Shown here in pieces: positions 15,815 to 24,500 of a stretch of DNA of 64,000 nucleotides (position 1 is the stretch's first letter; each line of letters begins with the position of its first letter). The stretch lies in the NCBI GenBank assembly GCA_964489685.1, contig CAZAZR010000003.1, positions 2,536-66,535 on the forward strand. The letters run 5' to 3'. Source of the DNA: an uncultured Solibacteraceae bacterium (GTDB taxonomy: Bacteria; Acidobacteriota; Vicinamibacteria; Vicinamibacterales; SCN-69-37). The notes beneath the pieces are model-generated. The model was not told the origin of the DNA, made no database searches, and saw nothing but the letters and a program-made list of their open reading frames with translations. Position numbers and translations under genes: made by a program.

Positions 15815-18414
15815 GGTCGATAGAGAAACTCATTGAGGTTGAGGAGCAGATGACAGAACTCGGCCAGGCCTTTCGGGCTTTCCGAGATAAACGCCGCACC
15901 GCGTTTCAAATCGATCGCGTCTGCCGGGCGGCCCAGAGCCAGCCACACGGCTCGCTTGACCTGCGCCACTGGATCGGCGCCGGCCTCCCGGGCGACACGC
16001 TCGGCGAACTTGCCGGCCTGAAACAACACCATCTGGTTGTTCATCAGAATCAACGCCTGGGGCGCAATCGTCGTGCGGTTGCGCCGGTCGATGGAGTTGA
16101 TCAGATTGGGCTGATCGAAGGTCTCAAACATCGGATACCTGATGCTGCGCTTCGAAAACACATAGAGGCTTCGGCGCCAGGTGGACGGGTCGCTGTCGGG
16201 CTTGCCGCGCCAGTCACGATTTGAACTTTTTTCGAACAGGTCCGGGTCGATGAACGGAAAGATCGACGGGCCGCCGACGGACGTATCGAGCGTCCCGGCT
16301 ACCGCGAAGATGCTGTCGCGGATGACCTCGGCTTCGAGACGCACACGCGGCATGCGCCAGAACATCCGATTCTCGGGATCCACCCCGTAATTGGAGGTCG
16401 TATCAGTGGCCGCCATACGGTAGGTCATCGACGTGAGCATCAGGCGATGCATCGCCTTCAGGCTCCAGCCCTGATTCATGAACTCTGTCGCCAGCCAATC
16501 GAGCAACTGCGGATGCGACGGCGCCTCACCCATCGCCCCGAAGCTGCTCGGGGTGCGGACGATGCCCTCGCCAAAATGGTGCTGCCAGAGGCGGTTCACC
16601 ATGACGCGGGCGGTCAGCGGATTGTCCTTCGACACCAGCCACTCGGCAAACCCCCGCCGGCGCCAACTCGACTTCGCATCCGGGGGTGGCTCTGGAAAGG
16701 TCCACTCGCTGCGCGACGCCACCGACAACACGCCCGGGCGCATCTCAGAGCCACGAGCATCGGGGCTGCCACGATGCAGGAAGAACACGGGCTGTGGCAC
16801 GCGTCCCGGCTCGCCGATCGCGCGGGCCACCGGCAGGCGCCGTGGTTTCTGATCGTCGAGCGCGTCAATGTCCGCCTTCACCGCCGCATGTGTCGCCTGC
16901 ACGTCGGCGGGCATCAACGCGACCACGTCGTTCTCGGTGATGAGCTTGCGAAGCGAATTGATCCCGACGGTGTCTTCGATCTGTTTCGCGTTGAGCCGCT
17001 GGCCTTCGGTCCGCTGGTCAGCGGGCGTCTTCCAGGCTTCCTGCATATAGGGCGAGAGCTTGGCAATTTCCCGATCGGCCAGCACCCGGTGGTAGGGTTT
17101 CTCGATCTCGGTCTTGGCCGCGCGCAGCGGCTTCTGCAGCGCGTCGATGCGCTGGGTCTCCGACCGGTTCGCCGCCACCTCGTGCGCCGGTACGAGGGGA
17201 TGTTCCACATTTGTGGTGGGATAAAAAATCGACTGGATGCGGTAGTAGTCCTTCTGGGGAATGGGATCGAACTTGTGGTTGTGGCAGCGCGCGCACCCCA
17301 CCGTCATGCCCATGAAGGTCAGCGAGGTCGTGGTCACGAGGTCGTCCACCGCGTCGAGGCGATTGCCGCCGCCTTCGGGCCCCAGCCGGAGATACCCGGT
17401 CGCAATCATGGCCTCGTCGGAGTCGGGCGCATATTCGTCACCGGCCAGCTGCTCCTTGACGAACGTGTCGTACGGCTTGTCGGCATTGAAGGCGTCCACG
17501 AGGTAGTCGCGGTACCGGTACATCTCGGTACGATCGGTATCGAACTCATATCCTCCAGAGTCCGCGTACCGCACCACATCCATCCAGTGGCGCGCCCATC
17601 GCTCGCCATAGTGTGGAGAGGCGAGGAGCCGGTCCACAAGCGCGAGCCAGGCATTGGGGGAGGTGTCATTGACGAAGGCGTCTGACTGGGCCGGCGTTGG
17701 CGGCAGGCCCAGCACATCCAGATAGGCACGGCGCACCAGCGTGCGTTTGTCGGCCGTCGTCACCGGGGTCAGGCCCTTGCGGGTCATCGCGTCCAGAATG
17801 AACGCGTCAATGGGATTGGCCGACCAGCCGTCGCGCGTGACGACCGGGACCGCAGGACGCACCACCGGCGTGAAGGCCCAATATTGCCGTTCCTCTTCGG
17901 TGATGGGCCGCTCTTCGCGTGTGCGAAGTTCCTCAGCGTCGGTGGCGCCGCCTCCACCGCTGGCCCCAGGCACGGTGGCCCACGAGGCACCCGCCTCAAT
18001 CCACAACCGGATGGTGCGCCGCTGCGCCTCACTGAGGGGCGGGGCGTCCTCGGGCATCTGGAGATCGCCATCGTGCATGATGGCCTTGTAGAGCAGGCTC
18101 GCCGCGGGTTGGTGCGCTACCAGTGCGCGACCAGACCGCCCGCCTTTTTGCAGGCCGGCATCGGTGCGCAAATCGAGGCCACCGTCTTTGGCCTCGCCGT
18201 GGCACTCGATACAGGTCTTCTGCACGAGCTGGAAGACTTCTGCCGCGAGCTGATCGGGCGTGCGACTGTCTTGCGGCGCCTCCTGCCACAGCACCGACCC
18301 TGGCGCCGTCCAGCCGGCACGCGCCGTCACGACCACGCCCCAAATCAGAGCCGTCGTCACGCCTGCGGCCGCCACGGCGGCCGAAACGAAGATCCGTCGT
18401 CTCAGCATGAACAA
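15811..18414 (-). CDS. PSCyt1/DUF1549/DUF1553 protein (planctomycete-type cytochrome-c-domain protein)
   Basis: 867 aa. N-terminal anchor or signal FVSAAVAAAGVTTALIWGVVV. Haem c motif CIECHG at nt 18202-18213. DUF1549-like block NPIDAFILDAM...RRAYLDVLGLPPT and DUF1553-like block CARCHNHKFDPIPQKDYY...RRSLYVFSKR. Confidence 0.85.
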   Translation of the reverse strand: MFMLRRRIFVSAAVAAAGVTTALIWGVVVTARAGWTAPGSVLWQEAPQDSRTPDQLAAEVFQLVQKTCIECHGEAKDGGLDLRTDAGLQKGGRSGRALVAHQPAASLLYKAIMHDGDLQMPEDAPPLSEAQRRTIRLWIEAGASWATVPGASGGGGATDAEELRTREERPITEEERQYWAFTPVVRPAVPVVTRDGWSANPIDAFILDAMTRKGLTPVTTADKRTLVRRAYLDVLGLPPTPAQSDAFVNDTSPNAWLALVDRLLASPHYGERWARHWMDVVRYADSGGYEFDTDRTEMYRYRDYLVDAFNADKPYDTFVKEQLAGDEYAPDSDEAMIATGYLRLGPEGGGNRLDAVDDLVTTTSLTFMGMTVGCARCHNHKFDPIPQKDYYRIQSIFYPTTNVEHPLVPAHEVAANRSETQRIDALQKPLRAAKTEIEKPYHRVLADREIAKLSPYMQEAWKTPADQRTEGQRLNAKQIEDTVGINSLRKLITENDVVALMPADVQATHAAVKADIDALDDQKPRRLPVARAIGEPGRVPQPVFFLHRGSPDARGSEMRPGVLSVASRSEWTFPEPPPDAKSSWRRRGFAEWLVSKDNPLTARVMVNRLWQHHFGEGIVRTPSSFGAMGEAPSHPQLLDWLATEFMNQGWSLKAMHRLMLTSMTYRMAATDTTSNYGVDPENRMFWRMPRVRLEAEVIRDSIFAVAGTLDTSVGGPSIFPFIDPDLFEKSSNRDWRGKPDSDPSTWRRSLYVFSKRSIRYPMFETFDQPNLINSIDRRNRTTIAPQALILMNNQMVLFQAGKFAERVAREAGADPVAQVKRAVWLALGRPADAIDLKRGAAFISESPKGLAEFCHLLLNLNEFLYRP

Positions 18415-18464
18415 TCGCTCCTGGTTACAGTCAGTGCATGCGCCTCGAATGATGGCGTCAGTAT

Positions 18465-18929
18465 ATGATCCGGCCCATGTCGCTGCCCCATCGAATCTCT
18501 GTCGTGTTGTCGCTTGCCGGCCTCGCGGTCATGGCGACCGCCGTCTCGGCCAGACTTGTGCTCGCCGCCCCGGCGCAAGCCGCGCGCTGGACCATTCCGG
18601 CAGACGGTGCGGCCGAGAAGAACCCGCTGCCGGTAAACGCCGCCACGCTCGCAGGTGGCAAGAAGCTCTTTGCCGCCAAGTGCGAGCGCTGCCACGGCAC
18701 CGCGGGCAAGGGTGATGGTCCGGATGCCGACGCGAAGTACGCCGCGGACATGGACCTGACCAACCCGGCACGCGCGGCGCGCAACAGCGACGGCACCGTG
18801 TTCTACAAGGTCTGGAATGGGCGGTCGAACCCGAAGATGCCCGCGTTCTCTGAAGACACGACGAAGGAACAAGTGTGGGCGATTGTCGCCTACGTGCAGT
18901 CGTGGAGAAAACCACCGTCGGGGTCCTGA
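18465..18929 (+). CDS. Secreted mono-haem c-type cytochrome
   Basis: 154 aa. Signal peptide ISVVLSLAGLAVMATAVSA. CxxCH motif CERCHG and a distal KMPAF Met ligand region. Divergent from the DUF1553 gene by 50 nt. Confidence 0.8.
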   Translation: MIRPMSLPHRISVVLSLAGLAVMATAVSARLVLAAPAQAARWTIPADGAAEKNPLPVNAATLAGGKKLFAAKCERCHGTAGKGDGPDADAKYAADMDLTNPARAARNSDGTVFYKVWNGRSNPKMPAFSEDTTKEQVWAIVAYVQSWRKPPSGS

Positions 18930-18940
18930 GCACTTCCCGA

Positions 18941-19440
18941 TGCCTGTCGCGTCCCCTGACCCCGCCGGCCGGTTTGAGCAGCGCCTCTTCATCGCGGCCA
19001 GGCCCGCCGACGTGTTCGCGTGTTTCTTCGATCACGCCGCGCTCCAGGTCTGGTGGCAGGTGACACACGCGGTCGTCACCCCGGTGCCGTTTGGCGTCTA
19101 CGCGATTGAATGGGCGCCCACCTCGTATCGCGACGATTTGCTGGGACCGCTCGGGGGCGTCTTCCACGGCACGGTCGTGGACGTGCGCCCGGGCCAGCAG
19201 TTCCTGGTCGCAGACTGCTGGTGGGTGCCGCCTGAAGGCGACGCGCTCGGACCGATGGCATTACACGTCAGTTGTCAGCCGGAAGGCACCGGATGCCGGC
19301 TGGTGGTTCGACAGGACGGCTACGAACCCTCGCCGCGCTGGCGGCGGTACTACGCCGTGGCGTCGCGTGGATGGCAGCTGTCACTGACCGCGCTTCGACG
19401 TCGTGCCGAAGAGCGCCATGCGGCGCACTCAGCGCGGTGA
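18941..19440 (+). CDS. SRPBCC/AHSA1-like domain protein
   Basis: Trimmed to ATG 18941 (MPVASPDPAGRFEQRLFIAARPADVFACFFD...). About 166 aa, with a pattern typical of Activator-of-Hsp90-ATPase-like SRPBCC proteins (FEQRLFIAARPADVF, GGVFHGTVVDVRPGQ). Begins 11 nt after the cytochrome c stop. Confidence 0.65.
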
Positions 19441-20586
19441 TGGGCCGGCAGTGCCGACCTTGAGCATCTTCGCCAGGATGATGGCGATCGGCGCGGCCAG
19501 GAAACTCAACAGCGCGCCCATTTTCGCTTCGTCCAGATGCGGCGACGTGATGGGAAACGCCGCAGTGGTGAAGAACAGTGCCACCGTGAACCCGATTCCG
19601 GCCGCGACGCCAATGACAATCATGGACCGCTTCTCGAGGCCGACGGCCCTGGGGAAGCCGAAGGCGCCCGCCGTCATCGCAAACGCGAAGATGCCGAGCG
19701 GCTTGCCGACAATCAAGCTGCCCAGCACCATCCACGTCACAGGGCCGACCGACGACAGCGGCACGCCGGCGTTGACGAGTCCGAACAGCAGCAAGACGAA
19801 CTGCACGGGCACGCTCCACCAATGTTCGAACGCGTTCATGGTGTCGTGACGCCGGCCCTCCCTGGCCGCGAACAGGCCAAGGTCAGACTTGGCGTGCGAC
19901 ATGAACGGCACAATCGGTACTAACGCGAGCGCGGGATGCAATCCGCCGACATAGAGCCCAATCCACGCCATCACACCGGGGCCCATGACGTACGCCCAGA
20001 AGTTGCCGACCCGCCGCCACCGCAACGCCCACGCGAGCGCAATCGCGGCCGAGAGCCAGAGCCCGAGGGGGCCCAGGGCCAGCGGCGCGCTCGGATAGAA
20101 GATGGCCAGAATCATCAACCCGATCGCATCGTCGGCAATGGCCAGCAGCAGCAGGAACGGGATGGCCGGGTGGCCTGCTGGAAAAATGATCCTCGCGACG
20201 AGGTACGAAAAGGCGATGTCTGTGGCGCAGGGAATGGCCCAGCCGCGCACCACCTCCATGTCTCCGATCGCGAAGGCCGACAGCAGGAACAGGCCGGCCG
20301 GCGCCACCATGCCACCGACGGCCGCGAACACGGGGACGGCGGCCTGCTTCGGCGAGGCCAGAGGGCCGCCCGGCAACATCGCCTCCACCACTTCCTTCGT
20401 GGCCAGCGCGAAAAAGAACACCATGCCAACGTCATTGACGGCGAAGTGCAGCAGGTGCGCAAACGCCTCGTAGGCCGCGTAGTTGAGGTTGGCCCACACG
20501 AGCGCGATCAGGCTGCCGCCGATGAGCAGAAGTGAATTGTCGAGGATGAACTGGATGACCCCGTTCTGAGGCGCCCTATGTGTCAT
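19429..20586 (-). CDS. nhaA: Na+/H+ antiporter NhaA
   Basis: 385 aa. NhaA signatures FFFALATKEVVEAM, PCATDIAFSY and AIADDAIGLMILAIFY. Polytopic. Confidence 0.9.
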   Translation of the reverse strand: MTHRAPQNGVIQFILDNSLLLIGGSLIALVWANLNYAAYEAFAHLLHFAVNDVGMVFFFALATKEVVEAMLPGGPLASPKQAAVPVFAAVGGMVAPAGLFLLSAFAIGDMEVVRGWAIPCATDIAFSYLVARIIFPAGHPAIPFLLLLAIADDAIGLMILAIFYPSAPLALGPLGLWLSAAIALAWALRWRRVGNFWAYVMGPGVMAWIGLYVGGLHPALALVPIVPFMSHAKSDLGLFAAREGRRHDTMNAFEHWWSVPVQFVLLLFGLVNAGVPLSSVGPVTWMVLGSLIVGKPLGIFAFAMTAGAFGFPRAVGLEKRSMIVIGVAAGIGFTVALFFTTAAFPITSPHLDEAKMGALLSFLAAPIAIILAKMLKVGTAGPSPR

Positions 20587-20588
20587 CC

Positions 20589-21998
20589 CTACATTCTCTC
20601 GACCACGAGGAAGTTATCGGCCTCGCGGCCCAGTGCCGCATGCATGGCCACAAACACGATCGTGTCGCCCGCGGGCACAAGCGCATGTGCGAGCAGCATC
20701 TCGCGTACGGCCGGGAGCGTGGCCGCGGGCGTGAGCATCGGCGTGACGCCCCAGACCAGCGCCAGACGGGCGGCCGTTTGGACGTTCGGCGTGGCCGCAA
20801 TAATCCGCGCCGCCGGGCGCAGCGCGGCCAGCAGGCGCGGCGTCATGCCCTTCTTGGTGACCGCCACGATGGCCGTCGCACCAGCGCGGTGGGCCAGGGC
20901 CACCGCCGCTTCGCACAAGGCCAGACCATGGCGGCTGGCGATGACGGCGTCAGGCGCAACCGGGATCCCGCCATGACCTCCTGCCAGCGCCATGTCGCGC
21001 TCGGCCTGCTCAACAATCGCTGCGAGCGTGGCCACGACTCGAACCGGATGCCGGCCCACGGCCGTCTCGCCCGACAGCATGATGGCATCCGCCCCTTCGT
21101 CTACGGCATGTGTGGCGTCGGTCACTTCGGCGCGGGTCGGACGCGACGACAATCGCATGGACTCCAGCACCTCTGTGGCCACGATCACCGGGACACCGCG
21201 TCGGCGTGCGGCCAGCAGGATGCGTCGCTGCACCGCAGGCACGCGCTCAAGCGGCATCTCAATGCCCAGGTCGCCGCGCGCGATCATGATTCCATCACTG
21301 ACGGCCACGATGGCGTCAATGTGATCAACGGCCGAGGGTCGTTCAATCTTCGCAATGATCGGCATGTCGGCCGCCCCCGCCGCGGCCGCGGCCGCGCGCG
21401 CCCGCACCACATCCTCGGGCGATTGTACGAAGCTGAGCGCCACGGCATCGACGCCCATGGCGACGCCCGCCTTCAGGTCAACATGGTCCTTGGGCGTGAG
21501 CGCCGAGGTCTGCACCACGGCGCCGGGAGCCGTGATTCCCTTGCGGCTCTCGAGCACGCCACCTTCGACCACGCTCGTCACCAATCGCCCCGGTTCAACC
21601 CGCGTGACCGTCAGTTCGAGCCGGCCGTCATCGAGTAACAGCCGCTGCCCTGGGGCGACGGATGAGAACAGTGGAGCGAAGGGAGACGTGATGCGGCCCG
21701 GTCCACCCTCCTCGTCGCCCAGATCGATGACGACCTCGGATCCAGCCAGGAGGATGACCGGCTCGGAGAGGCGCCCGGTCCGGATTTTCGGGCCGGCCAA
21801 ATCCTGCAACACCAGTATCTGCCGGCCCATGGCGTGTGCCTGGGACCGAACGGCGCGACAGGCCGCCGCATGCTCCTCTGCGGTGCCGTGTGAAAAATTC
21901 AGTCGGCACGCATCTGCGCCCGCCGCGATCAGTCCGCCGAGCACGCTGCCATCAACCGTGGCCGGACCGAGCGTGGCAATGATCTTGGTGCGTCGCAT
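20589..21998 (-). CDS. pyk: Pyruvate kinase
   Basis: Trimmed from the 641-aa tracked ORF to ATG 21998 (MRRTKIIATLGPAT...), giving 469 aa. Motifs NFSHG, IIAKIERPSAV, MIARGDLGIEMP and ATEVLESM. The removed 172-aa extension would overlap the divergent DsbA-family gene. Confidence 0.9.
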   Translation of the reverse strand: MRRTKIIATLGPATVDGSVLGGLIAAGADACRLNFSHGTAEEHAAACRAVRSQAHAMGRQILVLQDLAGPKIRTGRLSEPVILLAGSEVVIDLGDEEGGPGRITSPFAPLFSSVAPGQRLLLDDGRLELTVTRVEPGRLVTSVVEGGVLESRKGITAPGAVVQTSALTPKDHVDLKAGVAMGVDAVALSFVQSPEDVVRARAAAAAAGAADMPIIAKIERPSAVDHIDAIVAVSDGIMIARGDLGIEMPLERVPAVQRRILLAARRRGVPVIVATEVLESMRLSSRPTRAEVTDATHAVDEGADAIMLSGETAVGRHPVRVVATLAAIVEQAERDMALAGGHGGIPVAPDAVIASRHGLALCEAAVALAHRAGATAIVAVTKKGMTPRLLAALRPAARIIAATPNVQTAARLALVWGVTPMLTPAATLPAVREMLLAHALVPAGDTIVFVAMHAALGREADNFLVVERM

Positions 21999-22064
21999 GG
22001 GCAAAGGGTCAGGGGCAGCGTACAATCCCGGAGAGAGACGAGCAAGGGCCGAGGGAGACATATT

Positions 22065-22793
22065 GTGAAGATCCGATTGGTTGGAGCGGCGCTGGCGGCA
22101 TTGGGACTCATGGCGGCACCCGCGTGCGCGCAGACCTCGGAGGTCGAGGCGCTTCGAAGAGAACTGGCGGCCGTCAAGGAAGACCTGGCGAACTTGCGCG
22201 CCACGCTGGGCCGTCCGCGGCCCGAGGTGGACCTGACGGGTGCGCCACACAAAGGCAACCCCGACGCCCTGGTGGCGCTCGTTGAGTTCTCCGACTACGA
22301 GTGCCCGTTCTGCATCAGGCACTTCCGGGAGACGATGCCGATGATCGAGAAGAACTACATCGCCACCGGGAAGATTCTGTATGCCTTCCGTGACTTCCCG
22401 ATCGATGTGCTGCACCCGCAAGCGGTCAAGGCGCATGAGGCGGCCCAGTGCGGTCTGGAGCAAGGCAAGTTCTGGGAGATGCACAACACGCTGTTCGGCG
22501 CACCGGCGCAGCATTCGGTTGAGGGACTCGAGGCCACAGCGACCCAGGCTGGAGTGAACCTGGCCCCTTTCCGCGAATGCATTGCGAGCGGCCGGACAAC
22601 AGCGGGGATCAGGAAGACTGCGGACCTTGCGGCCAGCTTTGGCGCGAACGGCACGCCCGCGTTTTTTATCGGCGTCTTCGACAAGGCCACCAATCAGGTC
22701 AAGGTGACGCGAGCGATCAGCGGGGCCATTCCGTTCGCGCAGTTCGCACAGGCCCTTGAAGCCGCACTGGCGCAGGCGGCGGTGAAGAAATAG
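22065..22793 (+). CDS. DsbA-family thiol:disulfide oxidoreductase, secreted
   Basis: 242 aa. Signal peptide KIRLVGAALAALGLMAAPACA. Thioredoxin-fold active site CPFC in EFSDYECPFCIRH. GTG start. Confidence 0.85.
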   Translation: MKIRLVGAALAALGLMAAPACAQTSEVEALRRELAAVKEDLANLRATLGRPRPEVDLTGAPHKGNPDALVALVEFSDYECPFCIRHFRETMPMIEKNYIATGKILYAFRDFPIDVLHPQAVKAHEAAQCGLEQGKFWEMHNTLFGAPAQHSVEGLEATATQAGVNLAPFRECIASGRTTAGIRKTADLAASFGANGTPAFFIGVFDKATNQVKVTRAISGAIPFAQFAQALEAALAQAAVKK

Positions 22794-22799
22794 GCGACG

Positions 22800-23345
22800 T
22801 TAGAAGTGCAGGCCGGCCATCAGTGACCAGACCCGGTGCTTGTACGCCGTGGTGCCCTTGCTGAACTCCGTCAATCCCGCCGTGTAGCGCGCTTCGACGA
22901 GGAACCGCGACAGGGTCACGCCGGCCCCAACGACCAACCCGACATCCGTACGTTTGAGGTCGTCGGTAAACCCCTCATCGCGCACATACAGACCCACTGA
23001 GGGCCCCACCAGGCCGTAGACGCTGGCGCTGGCCTTGGGCGAACTGCCGATGCGCAGCAGCAGCGGCACCTGCACGTAGTCCACCTTGGCCGTACCGAAT
23101 GAGAACTTGGTGCCCTGCATCGAGAAGACGGTTTCGGGCTGGATGGCGAAGACCGAGCCGAGACCAATCGTCAGGAAGGCGCCCGCGACGGCACCGATTC
23201 GCTGCCCCGGATCTTCGTCAGACCCTGAGACCTTGGCGAAATTCACCCCGGCCTTGATGCCGCCACCGACCTGCGCCCACGCGGCGGTCGACGACGCGAG
23301 TGCCACTGCCACCACCATCATGCCCACAATGAGTTGTTTCTTCAT
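22800..23345 (-). CDS. Outer-membrane beta-barrel protein (OmpA-like transmembrane / porin-family barrel)
   Basis: Only the last 181 codons of the 502-aa tracked ORF look real: MKKQLIVGMMVVAVALASSTAAWA signal, alternating beta-strand pattern, and a C-terminal ...WSLMAGLHF ending in Phe (an OMP beta-signal). Confidence 0.8.
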   Translation of the reverse strand: MKKQLIVGMMVVAVALASSTAAWAQVGGGIKAGVNFAKVSGSDEDPGQRIGAVAGAFLTIGLGSVFAIQPETVFSMQGTKFSFGTAKVDYVQVPLLLRIGSSPKASASVYGLVGPSVGLYVRDEGFTDDLKRTDVGLVVGAGVTLSRFLVEARYTAGLTEFSKGTTAYKHRVWSLMAGLHF

Positions 23346-23503
23346 GACGCCAGTGTATGGCGCGCACCGCACACGGGGGTGTGCTGAAAAAGACAGCGAC
23401 ACATCAATCCGCACGACCATGGCCGGACCCTGTCCATCCCGGGCACTCCATTGCCCTGCATCCCGCGTGTTATTCTCGACGGCCAGAGGCACGAGCAGAC
23501 GTG

Positions 23504-24500
23504 GTGAATATCGGGCTGATTGGGTACGGGTACTGGGGACCCAACCTTGCGCGCAACATTGCCACGTCGAACGCGTGCCGACTGGCGGCGATCGCCGATC
23601 CGTCGAGTGCATGCCTTGCTGTCGCCGCGCGCGCACCCCGGTGTCGAACTGACGACGCACTGCGGCGATGTGATCGCCGCCCCCCACATTGATGCGGTGG
23701 TCGTTGCCACACCGGTCCAGTCGCACTTCGAGCTGGCTCTGGCGGCGCTGCGCGCAGGAAAACACGTCTTTGTCGAGAAGCCCATGGCCAGGACATCTGA
23801 TCAGGCGCTGTCGCTGATCGAAGAAAGCGAGCGACGGCGCCTGATTCTGATGGTGGACCACACGTATGTGTTTTCGTCCGCCATCACCAGAATCGCGGAA
23901 GCCGTTCGTTCGGGTGAGCTGGGTGACCTGCAGTCGTGGGACTCCACACGTCTCAACCTGGGTTTGGTGCGGAGCGACGTCAACGTCGTGTGGGACCTGG
24001 CGGCCCACGACTTCGGCATACTCGACTACGTCCTGCCAGACCAGCCGAGTGCCATGGCCGTCACCGGCATGAGACCCGGAGGGTCCGACGCCGAACATCT
24101 GGCGTACCTCACACTCCATTTTCCGGCAGGCCTGCTCGCGCACATTACGGTGAGCTGGATTTCCCCCGTCAAGGTCCGGCGGACGCTCATTGCCGGAAGC
24201 CGGCGCACCCTGGTGTACGACGACCAGCTGGCAGAGGCGATGACGATTCACGAGTGCGGGCTGGAACGAGACGGCGAGGGCCGCAGCGTTCGCTATCGCC
24301 GCGGGCACGTCGACACGCTCCCGCTCGATGTGGTTGAGCCGCTGTCACGAGCCGTCGATCACTTTGCCGACTGTATTTCGCGATCGGAACGGCCGATGGT
24401 CGACGGCGCAGCCGGACTGCGCGTGGTCCGGCTGCTTGAAGCGGCCGACCGTGCGCTCAGTTGCGGCGGCGTGATCACGCGACTGGGCGTGGGGGGATAG
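23504..24500 (+). pseudogene. Gfo/Idh/MocA oxidoreductase (sugar-nucleotide dehydrogenase-like) interrupted by a +1 frameshift in a C4 run (or a homopolymer sequencing error)
   Basis: The Rossmann N-terminus VVNIGLIGYGYWGPNLARNIATSNACRLAAIADPS is in the frame of ORF 23357..23692. The remainder (GVELTTHCGDVIAAPHIDAVVVATPVQSHFELALAALRAGKHVFVEKPMA...) is in the frame of ORF 23520..24500. Deleting one C from cccc at 23636-23639 joins them as ...VAARAPGVELTTH.... Confidence 0.75.

Noticed and set aside
14663-17685. Long plus-strand ORFs (386 aa at 14663..15823 and 412 aa at 16447..17685) opposite the DUF1501 and DUF1553 genes. Similar antisense ORFs lie at 2701..3906, 4471..5769, 20580..21638, 24461..25870, 42275..43303, 43444..44478, 45021..46109, 46657..47802, 54627..55589 and 60463..61636.
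   Set aside because: All lie antisense to genes with strong family motifs. All have Arg/Gly/Pro/His-rich composition with no recognisable motifs. Such ORFs are expected from stop-codon depletion in high-GC DNA.
21999-22514. 172-codon N-terminal extension of the tracked 641-aa pyruvate kinase ORF
   Set aside because: The conserved kinase N-terminus MRRTKIIATLGPAT begins at ATG 21998. The extension is Arg-rich and unlike any Pyk sequence. It would run antisense through most of the first half of the DsbA-family gene (22065..22793).
23346-23503. Longest non-coding gap in the window, checked for a tRNA/sRNA and for a small hairpin (gcacac ggg gtgtgc)
   Set aside because: There is no cloverleaf-compatible arms or T-loop (GTTCRANYC-like) motif. 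The 6-bp hairpin is too small to interpret. The region is most simply a divergent promoter.
23346-24308. Upstream 320 codons of the tracked 502-aa minus ORF 22800..24308
   Set aside because: Only the last 181 codons (signal peptide, beta-barrel, terminal Phe) look like a protein. The remainder is antisense to the Gfo/Idh/MocA gene and has the Arg/Gly/Pro-rich composition of GC-rich shadow frames.
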